Assembly: GCA_951406725.2 (NCBI GenBank)
Contig: OX597818.1
Coordinates: 45,632,001-45,696,000, forward strand
Source: Octopus vulgaris
Lineage: Eukaryota
Length of the DNA stretch: 64,000 bases
Direction of reading: 5' to 3'
Part shown: one piece after another, positions 1 through 12,838 of the stretch
How the letters are laid out: the number at the start of each line of letters is the position of its first letter
Numbering within the stretch: the first letter of the stretch is position 1
Notes under the pieces: model-generated
Databases searched by the model: none
What the model was told of the DNA's origin: nothing
The model's input: the letters and a program-made list of their open reading frames with translations, nothing else
Translations under genes and position numbers: made by a program

Positions 1-289
1 ACGGTATCAGGGCGTGCATAAGTCTTGAAAAAATTACAAAAATCGATTCCAGGTGAGAATGCGATCGATAAAGCCGTGGGAACGTGCATTTGCAAAATCG
101 TTTTTCTTGGAATAGGAAAAAGTCTATCTTTATTTCTTCTTTTGCTGGTGTCTCAAATTTAGGTTAAATCAGTGTTCCTCAAAGGGGAGGCCTATGGTGG
201 AACAGTCGGACAAGGTGTTTTGAGAAAATTTGATTTAAATGTTTGACAACTCAGCACCGTCCATTGGACGGCGGGGTGCGTTTTGCTCG

Positions 290-1022
290 TTTTCTAATAT
301 GATGGATAAAACAGAAACCATCATACACACACCTTCACATTCTGCTTGCAAGAGTGTCTGGAGTATTTCATGTCCACACAGTCTCTTAGAATACTCCAAC
401 AGTTGTCTGCCGTCATGTATGTGTTCCATCAACCTTGATGTCTCTCCTCCATAATCTTGATTGCTTAATGAAAACACTCACCATGCGCATAGCTCACGTC
501 TACGAGACTAGCAGGAAATTCATCAAGATGGCAATTGAGGAAATGAAGCTTTATGCTCATGTTGCAGCCTAAAAGATGGAAGCTATCACCTAATGTCGCC
601 ACCAAATTTTTGTAGTATGCAGCCTTTTCACTCCCCAAAACTCCTTTCATAACAGTCACAAATGAATCCCATGCTCTTTTTTCTATCTCAGCCATCAACC
701 TCGAGAAATTCTGGCATTTCGTTAACTTTCTGATTTGTGGCCCATCAAAAACACCAATCGTTATCTTATCATAACAAAGTCCAGGAAATGTTGTACATAT
801 GAATTTGAAACAGTTGACTTCCAGGAGCTTTGACAAATTACTTCATTAGTCCTAGTTTAATATGAAGGGGTGGAAAGATGATTTTTCTCTCGCTCAACAA
901 GTGGTTGGTGTATGATATTCTTCTCCCCAACAGTCAAACTTTTCCTAACTGGCCAGAGTTTCTGCTCCTAATGTTTGTCTCTCGCTTGGCTATCCCATAA
1001 ACACAGGAAACACGGGTATTTT
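290..1022 (-). mobile_element. Decayed DNA transposase, probably CMC/Chapaev3-like
   Basis: KYPCFLCLWDS, IIFPPLHIKLGLMK*FVKA, GVFDGPQIRKL, CNMSIKLHFLNCHLDEFP...HGECFH; superfamily assignment is from memory of these motifs. Confidence 0.75.
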
Positions 1023-1889
1023 GTTGTTTATTTTCTTGCATTTCAGCAATTTCAACCAATCAATGACGTCTATTGAGGTGAAAGCAATTTCTGCCGTAAA
1101 CATTTTCTGGCGGTGTCATATGAAAATGTCCCTGCTATTTATGAGAAAAAAAGATACCCTGTGGCCATAAAATGAGGGGTCACTCGTAAACAGAGCAGGA
1201 TAACAAAACCGTTCCTTCTTTAGTGTCCACCCATAATTATGACCCTAGTATCGATCTATTGCATTTCAATCTGTTTTAGGGTTAGGATTAGAGTTGAGAG
1301 GAAAATTAAAACTGCATATGTTGTGAACTTAGAATATGTATTTATTAATAAAAGTTTAATAACGATAATCTTTTATTCATACGAACGTAACTGATATGAA
1401 ATATGCCATAAATAACAGAGACATTTTCATATGACACCGCCAGAAAATGTTGTTGACACACTACGGCAGAAATCGTTTTCACCTCAATAGACGTCATTGA
1501 GTGGTTGAAATTGCCGAAATGCAAGAAAATAAAGAACAAATATCTTACAAACTACAAAATTTTCACAAGAAAGCCAAGAGAAAAAGATGTTTTATAAACA
1601 CAGTCTACCAGTATACGAAGTTTAAATTTTTTTAGCTACAAAGAAATTATTTTAAAAATCTGCCGGTCAAAGCGAAAAGATCCAAAATTAGTTATATGAG
1701 GTAGATATAAAGGTCTCTTCCAGAGGCCGTATTATTAAATATTTCAACAATCTAGGTATGTCACGAGATTTCCAGTCATGAGTTCTACTCATGTGTCAAG
1801 CTTCATCAAAATCAGTAAAACGATGTGGGAGGAGTTAGCTAACAACGCCACAAACAAACACACACCGATTTTCCACTTCTGTAACAGAT

Positions 1890-2776
1890 TCAATTTTATT
1901 TCAAGATTTCTTGCCAATAAGAGCCGGTTCCTAACCTAGATCCGAGAATTTCAACACCAACAACAGGGTATGTATGTATGTATGTATGTATGTATGTATG
2001 TATGTATGTACGTATAGTTGCAGATCTGTATATTTTGTTTTATGTATGTCTTCTCATGCATATATTTACATATCTAGACATGCTCATATATACTTAAACT
2101 TATTGAAAGTTTTACAGATTTTTACAGTTCCAATAATGGCTTGGATCTGTAGTCTTCGAATCAGCTTTCTCCTTTCTGGTTTCGAGAACCCTAATTTCTC
2201 AAGAATTGTATTTAGGCAGCTTGTTACATATCCTGGCGCCTTAATGATTACAGATATAAACTTGAACTTGAGTAACTGCAGATTTCTCAAATAGTTCAGT
2301 GTAGGTATTCTCTTTTTCACTGAACGTCAGCCTTATGTTAACATCCGCTGGGCAGCTGATTTCCACAACTGTACACAGTTTTTCGTCTCTATCCCAAATC
2401 ATGTATGTATGAATGCCTCTTCTATTTTTAATTATTATAAATCTTACACTGAGGAGGGAGCCGGTTTCCAACAAAGATACAAGGCTCCATCTTTGGGATG
2501 TAGTTAACACTGACAAATTTACATTTGGAACTTGAGAAAAGACTTGCATATTTTTACTGTCCCACACAGAATACACTTGTAACGTAAGAATCAGCGAGTC
2601 AATCTCTCTTTCTGAAAATCACATTTTATCCAAATTCTCCTTTAAGCATTTACTAACAAAACCTAGTGTTCCAATTATTATTGGTATGAATATGAATTTA
2701 TAGTCTGCATATGGAAGCTAGAGGTTTCCAGGCAGTCGTCCATAGATATCATCTTTTTCTTTGATTTTCTAAGAGG

Positions 2777-2809
<33 letters not shown>

Positions 2810-3005
2810 CAGCTAACCTCTATGATGGTACATACCTTTGCCCTTCTGTCCCAAACAGCAATATCCGGCCTGTTATGTTTACATTTGACAGAAGTTTTGA
2901 TGAGAATATTCCACTAGTATTCCTTGAGTTGGTGTTTATGAGTGTATTCGATAACAGGGGGATTTTCTAAGTTTATTTCAGGACAGTCTTTTTTGCGGAT
3001 GGCAG
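1890..3005 (-). mobile_element. Two tandem 3' fragments of RLE-type non-LTR retrotransposons
   Basis: IWDRDEKLCTVVEISCPADVN and HNRPDIAVWD...VS endonuclease motifs; IIGTLGFVSKCLKENL; the same 3' end recurs at 11993-12262 (+). Confidence 0.75.
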
Positions 3006-3009
3006 TATG

Positions 3010-3048
<39 letters not shown>

Positions 3049-3256
3049 ATGTATGTATGTATGTATGTATGTATGTATGTATGAACTCGCTCATACATTT
3101 GTGCCCTAGTATTTGGGAAGGAGCAATACGAAAGTGACGATCAGGTACAAGAGAAAAGATGCGGATCCCTGACTGGTCGTCGCCTTTTTATTTGTTTCCT
3201 ATTTTACAAAATGTCTAATCAGTCTATCGAGTAACATCGTCACTCTTACATTTTTA

Positions 3257-3935
3257 TTAGGTTGGCAAGAAAGTAATTTCGTTTTACGCAAATAGAGTTA
3301 TGATTATTTTTAATGACTTTTGTCACTGTTATGATTCTTTTGCTTTTAACATTTGATAGCCGTTACTTTTAGCTTACTTTAGAAGCAAATTGCGAGTAAT
3401 TCTGTTAACAGTGTGGAGGCACATGGCCTAGTGGTTAAAGCAGCGGACTCGCGGTCGAGGGATCGCGGGTTCGAATCTCAGACCGGGCGATGTGTGTGTG
3501 TTTATGAGTGAAACACCTAAGCTCCACGCGACTCCGGCAGAAGGTAATGGCGAACTTCTGCTGACTCTTTCGCCACAACTTTCACTCTTTCTTCCTGCAT
3601 CTTGCAGCTCACCTGCGACAGACCGGCGTCCCGTCCAGGTGGGGAACCTATACGCCAAGGAAGTCGGGAAACCGGCCCTTATGAGCCGGGCATGGCTCGA
3701 GAAGGAACAAACAAATTCTGTTTACAGTTGTTAGTTCAGTGTCAGTTTTAACATGGAGTGCAAAAACGAACATTTTCACCATATTTTGCTTTTTTGTTTC
3801 CGTAAAAGCAAGAAAGCTGCTGAGGCTCACGAAGAGATATGTGAAGTTTATGGTGCCGATTGCTTAACAGAACGCGCTTGTCAAAAATGGTTTTAAAAGT
3901 TCTGTTCTGGAGATTTTTCATTCAAAGATTACCAA
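3257..3935 (+). mobile_element. mariner 5' fragment (TIR + transposase N-terminus) interrupted by a SINE
   Basis: TA|TTAGGTTGG TIR start; ATG 3753 MECKNEHFHHILLFCFRKSKKAAEAHEEICEVYG...CQKWF*KFCSGDF (mariner HTH). Confidence 0.85.
3413..3713 (+). mobile_element. tRNA-derived SINE, full length with 15-bp TSD
   Basis: A box TGGCCTAGTGG, B box GGTTCGAATC, ACAA tail; TSD AATTCTGTTWACAGT at 3398-3412 / 3714-3728. Confidence 0.9.
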
Positions 3936-3959
3936 CAGATTGTAGCAGTGGAAATAATA

Positions 3960-6900
3960 CCTCTAAGTATTATTATTATTTGTGTTTATTTAGCTTGGGT
4001 TGGAATTCATCAATAAAGTTCTTTTCTCTGATTTTTCTCTCCATTTCACTTGGACTGTGTAGTTTGTGGAATGGAAATGTTAAAAATATTTTCTGACCAC
4101 ATGTTGCTAAATGCTTACTCAAAAGTACCTGATGGACACCTGGGTCTCTAATTTGCTGTCGGTGCACACGTGAAGGTTCTGATAGTGTATTTGCAGTCTG
4201 ACCCACATATAGTTCTTCACAATTCGGGCATTTGATGCAGTAAATTATATTTTTGCTTTTGCAGTGCATATTTGTATTTGTGAATATATTTCCAGTTTTT
4301 GTGTTCATATATTGGCCAGTACGTATGAATTGGCATGTGTCACATCGGCTATCATTACATTTAGATACAGTGAATGATTGATCTTTGTTGCTAAGGTCAA
4401 ACTTTGCCTCTGTTAATAATTTTTTCAAGATTTTAAGCTGTCTTTTTACTAAGAACCATAACTCGATCCGTAATTATATCTTTTAATTCATTACTTGGAG
4501 CAATAATTGGCAGGTTCGCTTTGGCAATGTTGAAGATATTCTGGTGACATGGGTTGAGTGACACTATAAATGGTATGACTTGTTCCTGTTTTCCTCTTGT
4601 TGTATGGATATTTTTATAGCCCATTTATGCCACTCTCTATAAGTAGAGACGGGTATTTTTGTTTGAGCAACAACTCTCTTTAGCTCTGTTAAGCATTTGT
4701 TCCTGATATTTGCATCTTGTATAATGGTACAAATTCTTCTGGCTAGGCAGAATGAGATGTTGCGTTTTGTATGTGATGGTTGGCACAACTTAAAATTCAG
4801 GTATTGATGTGTATCCATGTGTTTGTAGTATATACCTGTGGTAATGATGATGTCCTTTTTAACTACCATTATATCTAGGAATGGTCACTTGGTACTACTC
4901 ATCTCCTTCGTAAATTGGAGAGATGGATATAGGTTGTTCAGAAAGATACTGAACTCTTCCAGAGTATTTTGAGATTCTGTCCAGGTTGTGAAGCAGTCGT
5001 CAAGGTATCTCTTCCTTGCCTTTTCAATATACTTTCTAAATTCAGTGCTATAGCTTTCCTCTACTTCTTAGTAGGGTTGTTCTACGTATCCCATTACAGA
5101 GTTCATGTAAACGGGAGCAAACCTCGTTCCTATCGCCGTGCCTTGAATTTGGATGTAATTCTTTCCATTGAAGAAGAATGTGTTGTTTTCCAGAATAAGT
5201 CTGACTGTGTCTAATATAAATGATACTGTGAATCTGTCGGGAATTACTTCTCTATGTTTTTCTACCCAGTATTTAATCACCTTTTTTCTTAAATCATGTG
5301 GAATATTGGTGCTGAATATCTTTTGACTTATGTATTTTTGGTAAGCCGTAGAAATTGCTTGGTTTTGGCTCGAAATTGGTGATGTAATATCTTTCTTTAT
5401 CGGTGAGTTGTAATGTTTTGAAACTAGGTTGTTGATATTCTTCATGATGTGGTGGTCTATATTTGAAAGTATTTTACAATAGAAGGTTGCGTCCTTCAGT
5501 TGGTCCTCAACCTAATCCTTGTTGTATTCGGCATCCATAATAACAATTGCACCCTCTTTATCTGCTTGTTTAATTATTATTGCTTGATCGTTTTGTATAC
5601 GTTTAAGGGCAGACATCTCCGATTTCTCAATCTTTTGCCTAACATTAGTATAGCGCCTAAGGGGAAATTTTGACAGGATATTAATGTATTGGTCAAGATA
5701 GTTATTTCTTTCTTTTGGTGAGGCGAAATTTGATTTATTCTTTACCGGGGATTCATCAATCTCATTACTTTTATTAGTAAAGAATTCTATAAGCCGTAAC
5801 TTACTACAAATTTCTGGATATCCTCCTTTAGTTCTTGGTGGTTGACTGTTGGTGTTGGTGTGAATTTCAGTACTTTTGACAGAAGTTGGATTTCATCATC
5901 GTCAAGATTAATTTTGGATGAATTAATTATTTTAAGATCTATACGTTCAGTTATTCTGGGTATGCTTCCTTTTGGAATTTTTCATTCTCCGGTTTTTGTT
6001 GTCCTGACATTAAACAATGGATTTTTCTCTGTTTATAATTTATGTTCCTATTGATGTTTGCTTGATGGACTTTGTCTTTTGGTTGTGATATTTGACTTGG
6101 TTTCGTATGTTTTCTATCCTGTTTTTGGTATTATGTATATTATTTGTCAATTTCTTGTTAGTATTGTTTTTAACAGCCTGGGGAAATTATCTAGGTTTAC
6201 TTCCAGATCTAGATCGGTTTTTTGCCCAGCTTCTTGTAGGTAATCTCTGTTGAGGTCTTGAAAATGATCTGTTATTTCTACTCCAAATGTTCTGATCAAA
6301 GGCATATCTATCTTGTTTGTGCTCTTTGTTCATATTGTGTGCATTAAGGTGTTTGTGTACAAAAAGGGAAGAGTTCTTACCGTAGTTTATCTTCAATTCG
6401 TGGTGAAACGAGTGTTCGTGTTGCTACGTGTTCTGGCGTATGTTACGTTGGTGAGATTGTCCATTTTTAATGCTATTTCTCAGAGTTCTAGATTCTTCAC
6501 CGTAATTTGTAGCATATTTGTCGAGAAATAATTGTTTCTGCTGCCATAACTTTCTTGATCTGCTTTCTTCTTTTGAGATATCTCTGAGCCATAGATCACG
6601 CATTTTTTTTTTTTTTTTTGCTATATTGCCAGTCGTTAGTTTTGATATTTTGTCTCCAATTTGAACATCCACAGCTTCACATCGAAGTTTTGCTTCCTCC
6701 TCTGGTTCTCCTACAATTTCTTTAATTAGGTACTTCCTCGGAAGTACGGGTACCGCTAAATAAATAAATGTGCTTCGGCATATTTTTTCACATTTATATG
6801 CCTTCCAGACATTTTGTTTTCTTATGTTAAGAAATTTTTTCCATGTCTGCCACGTCTCTTTTTCTTTTTCGATGCGCTTCGTTTTCTAGATTTGTTTCGT

Positions 6901-7159
6901 TTATTTCTGACATCCAAGGAGGTTGTGGTAGGTTTTCCCTGTCAGCATAATTTCAGCTAAATTCTTAATTTCATAGTCTATATATTCATTTACAAGTTTT
7001 CCGTCTGCAGACTGTTTTTCTATTTCTTTTGAGACAGAAGATTCTGTGTCAATCATAGTGATGAGTGTTGATAATTTCGATGAAAGTTAAATTAGAATTC
7101 TTTCTGATTCTGTTAATTTTGTTTGTTGCTTTCCAGACATGTTGGCATATACACAATAG

Positions 7160-7160
<1 letters not shown>
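3960..7160 (-). mobile_element. Degraded near full-length Penelope-like retroelement (RT + GIY-YIG endonuclease)
   Basis: ORF 3976-4428 has CxxxxCxxC and NIIYCIKCPNCEELYVGQT...RVHRQQI (GIY-YIG). RT pieces: LILENNTFFFNGKNYIQIQGTAIGTRFAP, IYYKHMDTHQYLNF..HTKRNISFCLARRI, and KQADKEGAIVIMD near 5540-5575. Many stops and frameshifts. Confidence 0.9.
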
Positions 7161-7195
<35 letters not shown>

Positions 7196-7269
7196 CTATA
7201 TATCAGTCGGCATGATAGATCGGTAGCCACTACACACATTGTTTCTCTCCTTGCTTTTTTTCTGTGTCC

Positions 7270-7305
7270 CTTTCTGTAGAAGAGCGTAGGCTCGAAACGT
7301 AAAAG
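7270..7305 (+). ncRNA. Variant hammerhead motif (CUGUAGA core) in a ~200-bp (TA)n-flanked repeat 7196-7396
   Basis: CTTT-CTGTAGA-A-GAG-CGTAGG-CTC-GAAA-CG-TA^AAAG. Confidence 0.55.
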
Positions 7306-7394
7306 ACTTTTTCTATTCCTGACCGTTATACTAATACATCTGTTTGTTTTGTACACCACCTGTCTTCGTCTTTTGTTTTTTTCGTGAACTCTCC

Positions 7395-7439
<45 letters not shown>

Positions 7440-7526
7440 GTGTGTATGATTGTGTATAGAATATATTAATCAAAGGAATTCCAACTTTGTCTGATTTTTA
7501 CGTTTTATTTACAACATTATAATAAT

Positions 7527-7852
7527 GTAATATAAGGTATAATTATAAACAGAGCAAATTTTAGCGATTTCTGTGCAGACTGAAAAAAATGATGATCAAC
7601 CTTAATCGATTTTCGAACCTTATTGGATTCTCATCAGCTGCATCTACATCATTCTGACAGTCTCCAGAGAAACAAGCAGCCAAAGTGTAGTCTTTAATTT
7701 GCATACTAAAAGTGTTAACACTATAAATACCAACGGCCTGTCAACGGAGATCTTAATCCACACAGTATCAAGGTATGATATAATAAATATGTAACATATG
7801 GTATAATTATAAACAGGGCAAATGTTAGCCATTTCGCCACAGACTGAAAAAC
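7527..7852 (-). mobile_element. Hammerhead-bearing ~275-bp unit with ~55-bp terminal direct repeat; second copy at 28420-28770 (+)
   Basis: GGTATAATTATAAACAGRGCAAA...CAGACTGAAAAA at both ends; same layout in the copy within NUBP2 intron 7. Confidence 0.7.
7597..7645 (-). ncRNA. Type I hammerhead ribozyme motif (core, stems II and III intact; stem I degenerate)
   Basis: CTGATGA-GAATC-CAATAA-GGTTC-GAAA-ATCGAT-TA^AGGT; the paralogous copy near 28670 supplies the matching stem I strand ACCT. Confidence 0.7.
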
Positions 7853-8170
7853 ATGCAAGATAATATAATATAATGAAATGATAGAATATTAAATGTTCAT
7901 TCTGATTGAACTAGACCTTCCATGCATTAAACTATGCAATCTTCAGGTTCATATAGTATTGGTGACAATTATATTTTACAATTTACAACTGTAGTGAGGT
8001 GGCTAAAATATGTGCCTTAAATACATTTGTATAGGCTCCGAAAATATTTATATTTCCATTCCACAAACTACAAAGTCCAAGTGAAATCGAGAGAAAAATC
8101 AGAGAAATGAACTTTATTGATAAATTCCAACCTAAGCTAAATAAATAATAATAATAATAATAATAATAAT

Positions 8171-8233
<63 letters not shown>

Positions 8234-8785
8234 TGCCCTGATACAGTACCAGGCAGTGGCTCTCATGGCTTCTGATCTTAACTGATTGGAAGTGTTATCA
8301 TGTACATTGTTTTTGTCTTGGTGTAACAGATGGGCTACAACAAATATTCTGCTCAATACCACAGATTTGCTTGTCAGTTGTTTGACCTTAACCAGTTGAG
8401 CATGTCCCTTAGTGGCTAACGATATGTGCATCTCTGATCACGAGCAGAAGTAGTGGGGGAGCATCATAGCCATGTGTTGAGAGGGATTCTTTGGGGTTAG
8501 AATAATTCACCTCTGGAAACATGGGTGGTTCTTTCAACATCCTTAACCCTTATTCAGGGACCTTTTGAGCGGGATGGGCTACTCAACCTGAAGAAAATTC
8601 TAACTGGGCCCCACCTGCAAGGTCATGTGCTGTTTATCTTGATATGAGATCACCATGTCGCGCACATATGGTTGTGATGCATGTGCCTGGTGTACCTTTA
8701 TCAGACGGGTAGTCATGATGGGTATATTGGGTTTCGTATATTTTACCCCAGTGTCACATTGATGGCATGCACTGCTCTCTCACTC
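8234..8785. mobile_element. ~555-bp non-coding element inserted in (TAA)n; second copy at 29309-29864
   Basis: Two highly similar copies with identical boundaries, each flanked by TAA repeats. Confidence 0.85.
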
Positions 8786-10133
8786 AATAATAATAATAAT
8801 AATACTTAGAGGTACTATTTCTTCTGCTACGACCACTACCACTAATAACAATAATATTAAAGGTTCTCATGATGACGATATTCTTTTTTACTCTAGGTAC
8901 ACGGCCCGAAAATTTAGGGGAGGGGGCCAGTCGATTAGATCGACCTCAGTATACAACTGATACTTAATTTATCGACCCCCGAAGGGATTTAAGGCAAAGT
9001 CGATCTCGGCGGAATTTGAACTCAGAACATAAAGACAGACGAAATACCTATTTCTTTACTACCCACAAGGGGCTAAACACAGAGGGGACAAACAAGGACA
9101 GACATAGGTATTAAGTCGATTACATCGACCCCAGTGCGTAACTGGTACTTAATTAATCGACCCCGAAAGGATGAAAGGAAAAGTCGACCTCGGCGGAATT
9201 TGAACTCAGAACGTAACGGCAGAGGAAATACGGCTACGCAATTCGTCCGACGTGCTAACGTTTCTGCCAGCTCGCCGCCTTCGACCCCGAAAGGATGAAA
9301 GACAAAGTCGACCCTGGCGGAATTCGAACTCAGAACATAACGGCAGACGAAATACCGCAAAAGCATTTCGCCCAGCGTGCTAACGTTTCAGCCAGCTCGC
9401 CACCTGTTCAAATTCTATCGAATTCAACTTTGCTTTTCATCCTCTCGGGGTCTATAAAGTAAGTACCAGCTGAGCACTGAGGATGAGGTAACCAACTCAC
9501 GCCCTCCCACGAAATCGCTGGCCTTGTCCCAAAACTTGAAACCAACATTACATTGAACATACAAAGGACAATCACACTGCACTGGACATGCATGTAACTA
9601 CTGGAGTGGAGGGTTTTATTACTCCGGGCATTGACTGCAGTTCTTTCATCATACACATGCCTTTTCAAAGAAATAGTTTCATCTAATATTAATCTTTTAC
9701 CAATTTCAGACATTGATATAATATCATTGAGTGAGAGCATAACAATGTTCTCTTTTCATGAGGATTCTTATTGCAGCCATTTTACAGCAGTTTTTTCATT
9801 TAGAGTTGTGATGTCAGAAATATATATATATATATATATATCAGTGATACATATCTATAGACAATGTATGCATGAGTGTGTTGTGTACGTGGGTGTATGT
9901 GATTGTCTATAAATGAGTGCCAGTGTATACCTGAGTGCTTGTGCATGTAATAAGCATGTACATATAATAAGCATGATGACAATGTGTGTACATCGTCATC
10001 ATTTTGTGATGATTATGATGATGATGGTGGTGGTAGTGCTAGTGGTGGTGATGGTGGTGGTGGTGGTGGTGGTGGTGGTGGTGGCAGTGTTGGTAGTAGT
10101 GACAATGATAATGATGATGATGCACTTGTATGC

Positions 10134-10170
<37 letters not shown>

Positions 10171-10396
10171 GGACATTCATTTGATTTTTCTCCTAAAATG
10201 ATTTCAGTTGTCAAAGCAGAAAGCAACAAGTTTACAGAAAAAGGAATCAATTGACTCAACCCCAAAAGATTAATGATTCATGTTTTACCCAATATGTTCT
10301 TTTATGGTTTCATTCTAGAGTAAGGAATTATACCCATAAACTCCACAGGCCCTTCCAGGCCAGATAGATTAATACAGTTAACACTTAGCTTGAACA

Positions 10397-10808
10397 GCGC
10401 AGGAGTGGCTGTGTGGTAAGTAGCTTGCTTACCAACTACATGGTTCCGGGTTCATTCCCATTGTGTGGCACCTTAGGCAAGTGTCTTCTACTATAGCCTC
10501 GGGCCGACCAAAGCCTTGTGAGTGGATTTGGTAGACGGAAACTGAAACAAGCCTGTCGTATATATGTATATGTGTGTGTGTGTGTGTGTGTATGTGTGTG
10601 TGTGTTTGTGTGTCTGTGTTTGTCCCCCCCCCCTACATCGCTTGACAACTGATGGTGGTGTGTTTACATCCCTGTAACTCAGCGGTTCAGCAAAAGAGAC
10701 CGATAGAATAGGCACTAGGCTTCCAAAGAATAAGTCCTAGGGTCGATTTGCTCAACTAAAGGCGGTGCTCCAGCATGGCTACAGTCACATGACTGAAACA
10801 AGTAAAGA
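10397..10808 (+). mobile_element. High-copy tRNA SINE with CORE-like CCTTGGGCAAGT motif and central microsatellite (others: 13346-13560, 16248-16640, 23425-23830, 42182-42610, 43416-44320, 44505-44877, 56582-56935, 61408-62030)
   Basis: Repeated consensus GGAGTGGCTGTGTGGTAAGTAGCTTGCTTACCAACCACATGGTTCCGGGTTCAGTCCC...GACTGAAACAAGTAAAAGA. Confidence 0.9.
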
Positions 10809-11242
10809 GAGCGCTGCAAGGCAATGCTTCTGGAGAAGATGTAGAGATTCTTCAGCCTAACGGAGACATGGTATGACTGGGAAGAACAGGTTTGTGGGCC
10901 ATGCCTCAATCATCCAGCTGGTTACTTATGTGCCTTAGGACTATTCAGTAAGGGTTACATAAAGACAACAATAACGACAACATAGTTAAAGGGGGGTTTC
11001 AGTAGGGTTTACATTCTTTTATTTTTTATCTTTTTATTTTTTACTTGTTTCGGTCACTAGACTGTGGCCATGCTGGGGCACCACCTTGAAGAGCTTTTTT
11101 TAAAGCCTAGTGCCTATTCTATAGGTCCCTTTTGCCAAATCACTAAGTTACAGAGACGTAGACACATCAACACTAGTACTCAAACAATGGAGGTGGGGAC
11201 AAACACACAAACATAGATATACATATATATACATACACACAC

Positions 11243-11291
<49 letters not shown>

Positions 11292-11880
11292 ACAGGCTTC
11301 TTTACAGTTTCTTATTTCTTTATTGTCCACAAAGGGCTAAACATAGAGGGTATAAACAAGGACAGACAAAGGGATTAAGATGATTATATTGATCCCAATG
11401 CATAACTGGTACTTATTTAATCGACCCTGAAAGGATGAAAGGCAAAGTCAACCTTGGTGGAATTTGAACTCAGGACATAGTGGCAGACAAAATACCGCTA
11501 AGTATTTCAGCCAGCGTGCTAACGTTTCTGCCAGCTTGCCGCCTTCTTTACATTTTCTGCCAATCAAATTCACTCCTAAGGCTTTCGCCATATTGGAAGA
11601 CACCGACCCAGGACTGAACCTGGAACCATGTGGTTGGAGGAGCAAGCTTTTTACCATATAGACATGCCTGAGCATGGGAATAGGGTTTAGCACAAGACCT
11701 AGAAAAGGAAGTAAAGAAATACAGAATTGGCGATGAGAGGAAAGGTAGACAGACTTTGGGTTGGAAGTAATATGTAACTTGCTAGTCCTGGGGAGCAGTG
11801 ATCCCATTGTAGTACAAAAAAAAAAGAGGGTAAATTAGGAGGCATCTTATCAGTTTTACCTTTTTCTTGTTTCAATCATT

Positions 11881-11945
<65 letters not shown>

Positions 11946-11992
11946 TACACACGCACATACTCACACACATACATACAGACAGACACACAGAC

Positions 11993-12262
11993 ATAATTGG
12001 AGCATTAGGTTTTGTTAGTAAATGCTTAAAGGAGAATCTGGATAAACTGGGATATTCAGAAAGAGAAATCGACCATGTTAATTCATACATTACAAGGGCA
12101 ATCTGTGAGTGGAACAGTAAAAATAAGCAAGATTTTTCTCAAGTTCCAAATGTGAATTTGTCTGTGTAAGCTACATCCCAAAGATGGAGCCTTGTATCTT
12201 TGTTGGAAACCAGATCCCTCCTCAGTGGAAGATTTATAGTAATTAAAAAATAGAAGAGACAT
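11993..12262 (+). mobile_element. 3' end of an RLE non-LTR element (same family as 2410-3005)
   Basis: IIGALGFVSKCLKENLDKLGYSERE plus shared 3' UTR; follows a (CA)n tract. Confidence 0.75.
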
Positions 12263-12838
12263 GCTCACAGCTTCTGTCTGGTAAACAAATTCATTCACAA
12301 AACATTGGTCTGCTTGATGCTATAGTAGAAGACATTTGCCCATGGTACCACACATAGTGGAACTGAACCTGAAACATGTGGTTTCAAAGCAACCTTTTTT
12401 AACCACACAGCCATACCTGCAGTTCACCATCCAATATTTAGTGGAGAGTATAACACATCACTAGCAGCTTTCTATTAGGTTTGATAGCCCAATACATAGA
12501 TATAGAGGGAGGAGCCTAGACGTCAAGGGTAGTAGCCATCAGAGTGGAGCTGAGTAGAAGGCATCCAAACGTGCGACATAACAATATATATATATATATA
12601 TATGAAAGTTAGTAACAAAGTGGTTAGTTCAGAATCTGTTGTTTCAAATTACAGATCAATAGTGTACTTATAAACATTGATACAATTAGGAACATTGCCA
12701 AGTGTGAAAGTAATCAATGATTGGGGTTCTAGAGTAAGGTTAAAATTTTCTTTCTTATTTTAAACTCTTTAAGTTTTACAAATTCAGTCTACAAACAGAA
12801 TAATAAGAAAAAAAGTTTCAAGATTTTCTTAGTTGTTA

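Noticed and set aside
3413-3490. tRNA genes at 3413, 17140-17213 and 22201
   Set aside because: A and B boxes are present but they run into SINE bodies with tails and TSDs, so they are SINE heads rather than tRNA genes
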